Of a DNA stretch of 28,614 nucleotides, positions 23,768-28,614 are shown piece by piece. The stretch covers positions 10,059 through 38,672 of the forward strand of contig CAYJGQ010000002.1 in NCBI GenBank assembly GCA_964369885.1, written 5' to 3'. The stretch comes from an uncultured Oscillospiraceae bacterium. GTDB taxonomy: Bacteria; Bacillota; Clostridia; Oscillospirales; Ruminococcaceae. The stretch's first letter is position 1. The number at the start of each line of letters is the position of its first letter. The translations under genes were made by a program, and so were the position numbers. The notes below the pieces were generated by a model. It worked only from the letters and a program-made list of their open reading frames with translations. It was not told the DNA's origin and searched no databases.

Positions 23768-23923
23768 TTATTTGCAGTTGTTGCCATCGGCCTTGTTCTG
23801 CATAGGATTTTCCTTCTTGTTTGTGGTGGTCTTCTCCTTGGTGGGATGACCGCTCTGGTTCTTGGTATCGTTCATATCCATTGTTCCGTTGTTGGTAGAA
23901 TCCATTGGTTTTTTGTTATTCAT
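23768..23923 (-). CDS. Small (51 aa) highly hydrophilic Asn/Lys/Thr-rich protein, function unknown
   Basis: ATG at 23923 is preceded by GGAGG 8 nt upstream (the TTG at 23953 is unlikely). Sequence MNNKKPMDSTNNGTMDMNDTKNQSGHPTKEKTTTNKKENPMQNKADGNNCK. A terminator lies directly downstream. No TM helix or signal peptide. Confidence 0.45.
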   Translation of the reverse strand: MNNKKPMDSTNNGTMDMNDTKNQSGHPTKEKTTTNKKENPMQNKADGNNCK

Positions 23924-24041
23924 GAGTATTTCCTCCATGTTAAATTTTTGCAACGACCTGGCGTTACAGGGTTATTATTAGAAAACAGGTAAAAAAATAT
24001 TCGCCAATTTACAATAAAAAAACATTTAATTCACCCAACAC

Positions 24042-24071
24042 TTGAATTTTATTGGATTTTTGTGCTATTCT
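24042..24071 (+). promoter_or_regulatory. Sigma-A promoter for rubrerythrin
   Basis: TTGAAT (24042-24047), an 18-nt spacer, then TG-C-TATTCT (hexamer 24066-24071). A TTAATTAA palindrome lies just downstream (24073-24080). Confidence 0.5.
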
Positions 24072-24107
24072 TTAATTAATGTTTTATAAAAAAAGGAGAA
24101 ATGAATT

Positions 24108-24653
24108 ATGAACAAATATGTATGCAGTATTTGCGGTTATGTTTATGAGGGCGGCGTGCGTCCCTCGGTTTGTCCTCAATGTAAGGCCCCCAGCGAAAAA
24201 TTTGTAGAGCAGGACACCAGTGCCATTGCCTGGGCCGACGAGCACCGCGTTGGCGTGGCCGACGGCGTTGATGCCGAGGTTCTTGAGGGGCTTCGCATGA
24301 ACTTTACAGGCGAGTGCACCGAGGTTGGCATGTATCTTGCAATGTCCCGTCAGGCCTTCCGCGAGGGTTACCCCGAAATTGGCATGTACTACGAGAAGGC
24401 CGCCTACGAGGAAGCCGAGCATGCCGCAAAGTTTGCCGAGCTTTTGGGCGAGGTTGTAACCGCCGACACCAAGAAAAATCTTGAGTTGCGTGTGGCCGCC
24501 GAGCATGGCGCCTGTGATGGCAAGAAAAAGCTGGCCGCCCGTGCCAAGGAGCTTGGCCTTGATGCCATCCACGACACCGTGCACGAAATGGCAAAGGACG
24601 AGGCCCGTCACGGCTGTGGTTTCCAGGGTCTTCTAAACAGATATTTTAAGTAA
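24108..24653 (+). CDS. rbr: Reverse rubrerythrin (N-terminal rubredoxin-like FeS4 domain followed by a diiron four-helix bundle)
   Basis: N-terminal [12 protein letters not shown]...CPQCKAP (CxxC...CxxC), then ferritin-like [18 protein letters not shown], ...[10 protein letters not shown] (E, ExxH, E, ExxH ligands). The 181-aa size and domain order match the clostridial revRbr type. Confidence 0.9.
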   Translation: MNKYVCSICGYVYEGGVRPSVCPQCKAPSEKFVEQDTSAIAWADEHRVGVADGVDAEVLEGLRMNFTGECTEVGMYLAMSRQAFREGYPEIGMYYEKAAYEEAEHAAKFAELLGEVVTADTKKNLELRVAAEHGACDGKKKLAARAKELGLDAIHDTVHEMAKDEARHGCGFQGLLNRYFK

Positions 24654-24702
24654 TATTTCACCCAAAACCACCACAATTTTATAGAGTTAACCTGTAAGCA
24701 AA

Positions 24703-24745
24703 GAGGGCACATTCCCAACCAGGGCCTGTGCCCTCAAGTTTTTAT
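24703..24745 (+). terminator. Terminator-like hairpin after rubrerythrin
   Basis: GAGGGCACA (24703-24711), a 15-nt loop, TGTGCCCTC (24727-24735), then AAGTTTTTA. Confidence 0.6.
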
Positions 24746-24762
24746 ACAATCGAGGTGACTAC

Positions 24763-25890
24763 ATGAACAAGAAAACTTTTTGGCTATCACTACTATGCGC
24801 CTGCCTTGCCATACTGTTTTATATGCTTTTGCTAAGATGGGACGAGCTGTTGCTGGCAATTAGCACCCTGCTTCGAATTCTTCGTCCGGCGGTGATGGGT
24901 TGCGCCCTGGCCTTTGTGCTTAATTTACTGCTTGTTAGGATAAAGCCGCTGTTTTCCAAAGGTGTTTTCAGGCGTTATAACAAGCTTGGCAATTCGCTTG
25001 CCATAGTAACGGTATACATTTTGTTTTTTGGACTTGTAGGTGGCATTACAATATTTGTTATTCCTCAATTTGCCGACAGCATTCAGCTTTTTGTAGGCAA
25101 TTTTGAAGGTTATTATCAAAACATAGTTGCATTTTCAAATTGGCTAATCCCTCTTATCGATATAGTTTGGCTTGAGGACTTCTTGCTAACCCAGTTTAGA
25201 AATCTTGTGCAGGAAATCCCAGCTATTCTTGAGACGGTGGGCATGGGGGTATTGGGCGCGGCCACAGGGTTTGCAGGTGGCATAGTCGACTCCATACTTG
25301 GGTTTATGGTGTCCATCTATCTGCTATCCGACAAGGAGGGCATGTCCTCGGTATGCCGCCGCATAATAGTTAGATTTTTACCCCAAAAAGCCTCGGACGC
25401 CACCCTGCATGTAATCACGCTTACCTATAAATCCTTTGCAAGCTTTGTGGGTGGACAGTGCATAGAATCCATTGTAATTGGTCTGCTTTGCTTTATTGGC
25501 ATGAGCATCTTCGGCTTTGCCTACGCACCACTGATAAGCGTTATAATAGCTGTAACCAGCCTTATACCTATTGTGGGGCCAATACTTGGCACAATTCCAA
25601 GTGCACTAATACTCCTGCTTGTAGATCCCATGGACGCCGTTTGGTTTGTGGTATTCATCATAGTTTTACAGCAGCTCGAATCCAATCTCATCTACCCCCG
25701 TGTTGTGGGCACCTCGGTGGGGCTACCTGCACTTTGGGTGCTGTTGGCCGTCACGGTGGGGGCCGGCCTTGGGGGAATTGTGGGAATGCTGATGGGTATA
25801 CCCGTGGCATCGGTTTTGCGCCAACTAATACTCGAAGCTCTTGAACGTCGCGAAAAAAACATTACACCTATCCCCGTAAAGGAAGAATAA
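24763..25890 (+). CDS. AI-2E family transporter (UPF0118/PerM-YhhT type permease)
   Basis: 375-aa polytopic protein with the family block QQLESNLIYPRVVGTSVGLPALWVLLAV. RBS GAGGTGA lies upstream. Confidence 0.85.
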   Translation: MNKKTFWLSLLCACLAILFYMLLLRWDELLLAISTLLRILRPAVMGCALAFVLNLLLVRIKPLFSKGVFRRYNKLGNSLAIVTVYILFFGLVGGITIFVIPQFADSIQLFVGNFEGYYQNIVAFSNWLIPLIDIVWLEDFLLTQFRNLVQEIPAILETVGMGVLGAATGFAGGIVDSILGFMVSIYLLSDKEGMSSVCRRIIVRFLPQKASDATLHVITLTYKSFASFVGGQCIESIVIGLLCFIGMSIFGFAYAPLISVIIAVTSLIPIVGPILGTIPSALILLLVDPMDAVWFVVFIIVLQQLESNLIYPRVVGTSVGLPALWVLLAVTVGAGLGGIVGMLMGIPVASVLRQLILEALERREKNITPIPVKEE

Positions 25891-25891
25891 A

Positions 25892-26419
25892 ATGAAATCA
25901 AGAAATTATGTTCACTCACTTGTTATGGCCTCGCTTTTTGTGGCCATGGATATTATATTTACACGCTTTTTCTCGGTACTGCTCTTTGGCATTGAGAGGG
26001 TAAGTTTACAGTTTTTGGCCACATCTATGTGTGCTGTAATGCTGGGGCCTGTATGGGGTGCCGTGGCCGCAATAGCCGGCGACACACTGGGCATGCTCAT
26101 AAACTCGGCCGGCGTGGCCTACTTCCCCGGTTTTACTGTGTCGGCCGCACTGCGTGGCTACACCTACGGCATCATGCTACACCAAAAAGACCTTTCCTAC
26201 CGCCGTGTACTTATAACCGAAGCCATTATCTCCATCGGCATAAATTTACTGCTAAACTCCATGTGGTTGTCGGTATTTTTTGGGCAGGCTTTTATGGGCA
26301 TTTTGCTTGTAAAACTCCCCTTCAAGTTGGTGCTTACACCGCTGATATCCTGGATGCTTTACAGCATAATAAAGGCACTGCATCAACGTGGAATGCTTCA
26401 AAATCGCACACCGGCCTAA
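25892..26419 (+). CDS. folT: Folate-family ECF transporter S component (FolT-like)
   Basis: 175 aa. IIFTRFFSV, LGPVWGAVAAIAGDTLGMLI, FPGFTVSAALRGYTYG and LLLNSMWLS match the FolT-family pattern. The ATG lies 1 nt after the upstream stop codon. Confidence 0.75.
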   Translation: MKSRNYVHSLVMASLFVAMDIIFTRFFSVLLFGIERVSLQFLATSMCAVMLGPVWGAVAAIAGDTLGMLINSAGVAYFPGFTVSAALRGYTYGIMLHQKDLSYRRVLITEAIISIGINLLLNSMWLSVFFGQAFMGILLVKLPFKLVLTPLISWMLYSIIKALHQRGMLQNRTPA

Positions 26420-26423
26420 TAAC

Positions 26424-26464
26424 AAAAAACAGGGTACTGTTCAATATGAACAGTACCCTGTTTT
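26424..26464. terminator. Strong bidirectional terminator
   Basis: AAAAAA, then CAGGGTACTGTTCA-ATA-TGAACAGTACCCTG (perfect 14-bp stem, 26430-26460), then TTTT. It lies between convergent genes. Confidence 0.85.
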
Positions 26465-26468
26465 CGCC

Positions 26469-27326
26469 TCACCCTCCCGACTTCTGCCAGCTCTCATAAT
26501 CCTCCATGCTTATCTGCCCCCTCTCAAGGGCCATGCGTATCATTCGGGAAAAGCCGTCATCGTCCATGCCATCACGCCACCCCTGAATAAGGCTTAACAT
26601 GTCGGTGTTGCCGCCTGTCCCGCCCTCGTCCTGCTGTAACTCGGGGAGTTTTAGCGATGGGTGTGCCTCCTTGGTGTCGGCCGAAATGCTCACACCGGTG
26701 GCCAGCGCCTGCTCAAGGGCAAGCTGTGAGGCCTTCATTTTGTCGGCAAGGCTTACAAGTCCCACATTTCCTGCTCCCTCAAGTTTTGCCTCAATGTCGG
26801 CTATTGCCTGCCTGCGTTCCTGCTCAGCCATAAGCAGTGCATCCCTGTAAATACGATCATTGTCGCTAAAAAGCATATCGGCCGCACCGGCCGACACCCC
26901 TGCCGTATCCTGTGCAAATTCGGCACGGTTTCGGCGGTAGTCGGCATATGCCTCCCTTACAATATCGTCATAGCTTTGGTTTACCTGCGCCGTCTGAGCC
27001 TTGCGTGCCGCCTCCTCCAGCGCAGCCTCCTGGGCGGCCTTTTGCGCCTCCTCGGCCCTCTTTCTGGCATCACTGCTCGAACCGCTTGAACTTCCACTTC
27101 CCGAGCTTCTCGAGCCGGTGTAGTAGTAACCCACCTCACCCTTTTGGGGCAGATCATTTGAGGAGTAAACCCCCGGCCTTATCTCGGTGGCACCACCACT
27201 GCCCGAGGAGGTCGCACTGCTTTTGGTGCTACTTCCACTGCTCTTTGTACTGCTTGTACTGCTTTTTTGGCTGTTATAATAGTCGTTCATCTTTTCATTT
27301 TCAATCTCTCGCCAGGTTTTTGCCAT
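26469..27326 (-). CDS. Hypothetical protein: Ser-rich low-complexity N-terminal part, central Ala/Glu/Gln/Lys coiled coil, small C-terminal domain
   Basis: 285-aa ORF with ATG at 27326 and AAAGGGGA 7 nt upstream. It has no TM helix, no signal peptide and no recognisable catalytic motif. Repeats include SSTSSTKSSGSSTKSSATSSGSGG and SRSSGSGSSSGSSS. Confidence 0.6.
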   Translation of the reverse strand: MAKTWREIENEKMNDYYNSQKSSTSSTKSSGSSTKSSATSSGSGGATEIRPGVYSSNDLPQKGEVGYYYTGSRSSGSGSSSGSSSDARKRAEEAQKAAQEAALEEAARKAQTAQVNQSYDDIVREAYADYRRNRAEFAQDTAGVSAGAADMLFSDNDRIYRDALLMAEQERRQAIADIEAKLEGAGNVGLVSLADKMKASQLALEQALATGVSISADTKEAHPSLKLPELQQDEGGTGGNTDMLSLIQGWRDGMDDDGFSRMIRMALERGQISMEDYESWQKSGG

Positions 27327-27363
27327 TTATAATCCCCTTTCTGCCGCAACACGCGGCTTTGCC

Positions 27364-27393
27364 AAATAAAAAAACCTCACTACATGTGTGAGG
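27364..27393 (-). terminator. Terminator-like hairpin between the amidase and Ser-rich genes (minus orientation)
   Basis: Minus sense: CCTCAC-ACATGTA-GTGAGG followed by TTTTTTTATTT. Confidence 0.55.
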
Positions 27394-27432
27394 AGGATGG
27401 TAGAACACTCGATTTTATTGACGGCTATGTAA

Positions 27433-27457
27433 GGGGCCCTTTCGGGCTCCTTTTTTT
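27433..27457 (+). terminator. Terminator-like hairpin in plus orientation with no plus-strand gene upstream
   Basis: GGGGCCC-TTTC-GGGCTCC followed by TTTTTTT. In plus-sense RNA the stem has a G-U pair. In minus-sense RNA the same position is an A-C mismatch and the T run is on the wrong side. Confidence 0.45.
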
Positions 27458-27494
27458 GCGCGACTATCCTCTGACAGCCTGCAAAAAGTTATGC

Positions 27495-28253
27495 TTATTC
27501 TCCAAGAAGTGCTATGATGCGGTCGAGCAGTGCCACAAGGGCCTTGCGCTCCTCCTCATACTTTTGCACCAACTGTTCAAGCTCTTTTGCGGCCTGTTGG
27601 TACTGATCATCATCTGCTGTGTTTTGCTCTGTGGTAGCGCCGATGCTTGGAGCGGTTGCGGCGGCGGTGTAACTGCGTCCAAGGTACTTACAGCTACTCT
27701 TTACCACATACTCGGCAATCTCACCAAGATGCTTATCAAACAGCATGTTGTCACGATCGTTACCCATAAAGCCAAGCTCAAGGAGCATACTTGGGGATTG
27801 GGTTTGGGCATTCACCCAGTAGTTTTGCTTTGGTGATGCAATATATCCACGGTTTACACCGGGGTTGCATGTTCCGCCACGCACCTTAAATCCAATTGTT
27901 TCAAAGCCTTTTATCATGTCCCCTGCCCAGTTGCAAATACCCTGCCCTGCGCCCGAGTGTATCCAAATTTCCACGCCGTTTGCATCGGTGCTGGCCGCTC
28001 CGTTGCGGTGGCAGGAAATGGCCAGATCGCAATCGTTTTGGTTCTCGATTTTTGTGCGCTGGGTCAGCGAGATGGTTTTGTCGTCGGTTCGGGTTGCTAC
28101 AACATCAAAGCCCTGACGCTTGAATGCCGTGGTAAGCGACGCTGCAAACACTAAATTATCCTGCTTTTCGGTCCGTCCCCCGGGCGATACCGCACCGGGA
28201 TCTTTACCGCCGTGTCCCGGATCTATCCACACGGTTGGTCTTGTTTTAGCCAT
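27495..28253 (-). CDS. N-acetylmuramoyl-L-alanine amidase (Amidase_3 / MurNAc-LAA) with a C-terminal coiled-coil tail
   Basis: VWIDPGHGGKDPGAV ... DLAISCHRNGAAS ... GVEIWIHS ... PSMLLELGFMGN are Amidase_3 hallmarks. ATG at 28253 with AGGAGG ~11 nt upstream. No signal peptide. The last ~70 aa (QYQQAAKELEQLVQKYEEERKALVALLDRIIALLGE) are helical coiled-coil-like, not a known wall-binding module. Confidence 0.85.
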   Translation of the reverse strand: MAKTRPTVWIDPGHGGKDPGAVSPGGRTEKQDNLVFAASLTTAFKRQGFDVVATRTDDKTISLTQRTKIENQNDCDLAISCHRNGAASTDANGVEIWIHSGAGQGICNWAGDMIKGFETIGFKVRGGTCNPGVNRGYIASPKQNYWVNAQTQSPSMLLELGFMGNDRDNMLFDKHLGEIAEYVVKSSCKYLGRSYTAAATAPSIGATTEQNTADDDQYQQAAKELEQLVQKYEEERKALVALLDRIIALLGE

Positions 28254-28319
28254 CTGTCGAGTGTCCTCCTTTAGGTTCTCTGCGCTGTGTTTATAAGCCC
28301 ACAGGCTCCTAAACACAGC

Positions 28320-28481
28320 CTATTTTTTGTCCTGCCAAAGTTCTTTTTCCCAGTTGTCGTACACACCGTTTTTATGGTTTTCGCGAAGCTGAGCAAAGCT
28401 CATGCGCTCGCCTCTAACATCCACAACCTCGGTTTCGGGTGGCAAATCCCAGTTGTCGGACGAAAACATTTTATTTGACAT
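28320..28481 (-). CDS. Small (53 aa) hydrophilic hypothetical protein upstream of the amidase
   Basis: ATG at 28481 with GGAG 8 nt upstream. Sequence MSNKMFSSDNWDLPPETEVVDVRGERMSFAQLRENHKNGVYDNWEKELWQDKK. No TM segment, so it is not a holin. Confidence 0.4.
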   Translation of the reverse strand: MSNKMFSSDNWDLPPETEVVDVRGERMSFAQLRENHKNGVYDNWEKELWQDKK

Positions 28482-28614
28482 ATTAAATCTCCGTTCTGTG
28501 CATCGCACAAATAGTTTTTAATAATCTTAGAATGGAATGGAGATTTATTTGGCATCTCGCCCGTCCTCGGGCGAGGCCTTATAAATAATATTTTAGCGTA
28601 ATATTTTACGCTAA

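Noticed and set aside
23431-24071. Near-identical strings upstream of rpmE and rubrerythrin (ACACTTGAATTTT ... TTTGTGCTAT), considered as a shared regulatory box or repeat
   Set aside because: The shared parts are simply the -35 hexamer and the TRTG-type extended -10. The same TGTGCTA also appears at the aconitase promoter. This is a general Firmicute promoter consensus, not a specific operator.
24084-24611. 175-aa minus-strand ORF opposite the rubrerythrin gene
   Set aside because: It is antisense to a CDS with unambiguous rubredoxin and diiron motifs, is Gly/Leu/Ala-rich as expected for a shadow frame, and has no RBS.
27384-27836. 150-aa plus-strand ORF overlapping the amidase 3' end
   Set aside because: It starts inside a hairpin, runs through the plus-oriented terminator-like hairpin at 27433-27457, and is antisense to the amidase.
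1-28614. Genomic island, mobile element, CRISPR, tRNA or rRNA signals
   Set aside because: No integrase, transposase or recombinase motifs were seen. I found no long direct or inverted repeats flanking the pilus locus, no regularly spaced repeats and no tRNA-like GGTTCGAAT-type arms. GC content looks uniform apart from intergenic AT-rich stretches. This is by eye only, so a compositional or k-mer scan could still reveal subtle boundaries.

Overview
This is a 28.6-kb chromosomal segment of roughly 50% GC. It looks like an anaerobic, spore-forming Firmicute (Clostridia type). That is an inference from content: a Gram-positive-type type IV pilus (T4P) operon, a PdaA-like spore-cortex deacetylase, a reverse rubrerythrin, solitary ECF S-components, and TRTG-type extended -10 promoters. 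The left third (50-8982, minus strand) is one long T4P operon: pilB, pilT, pilC, two tandem pilin genes, pilD, a fused pilMN and pilO. It runs off the left edge and is preceded by a ~790-bp AT-rich, ORF-free control region (8992-9784). The rest is mostly ordinary chromosome. On the minus strand it holds a PdaA-like deacetylase, a PaaI thioesterase and an HD hydrolase. A plus-strand ECF S-component and a DUF1624 membrane protein follow. Next on the minus strand come an aconitase-family hydratase, an M23 peptidase, an orphan family-5 solute-binding lipoprotein and ComM/YifB. After that there is a plus-strand phosphohexomutase, rpmE, a small hydrophilic ORF, reverse rubrerythrin and an AI-2E transporter translationally coupled to a FolT-like S-component. 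The right edge carries an uncharacterised minus-strand module: a small ORF, a leaderless Amidase_3 enzyme with a coiled-coil tail, and a Ser-rich coiled-coil protein. I saw no rRNA, tRNA, CRISPR array, transposase, integrase or flanking repeats, and I cannot honestly claim a novel multi-gene system. The observations most worth follow-up concern the pilus locus. PilB carries two textbook MshEN c-di-GMP-binding motifs. A good sigma-A promoter is followed by a ~215-nt leader with competing G/C tracts that include the pilB RBS. The two pilin genes encode identical N-terminal segments with strongly diverged synonymous sites. The right-edge amidase module is also worth a look. All calls rest on reading motifs by eye; no database or folding program was run.
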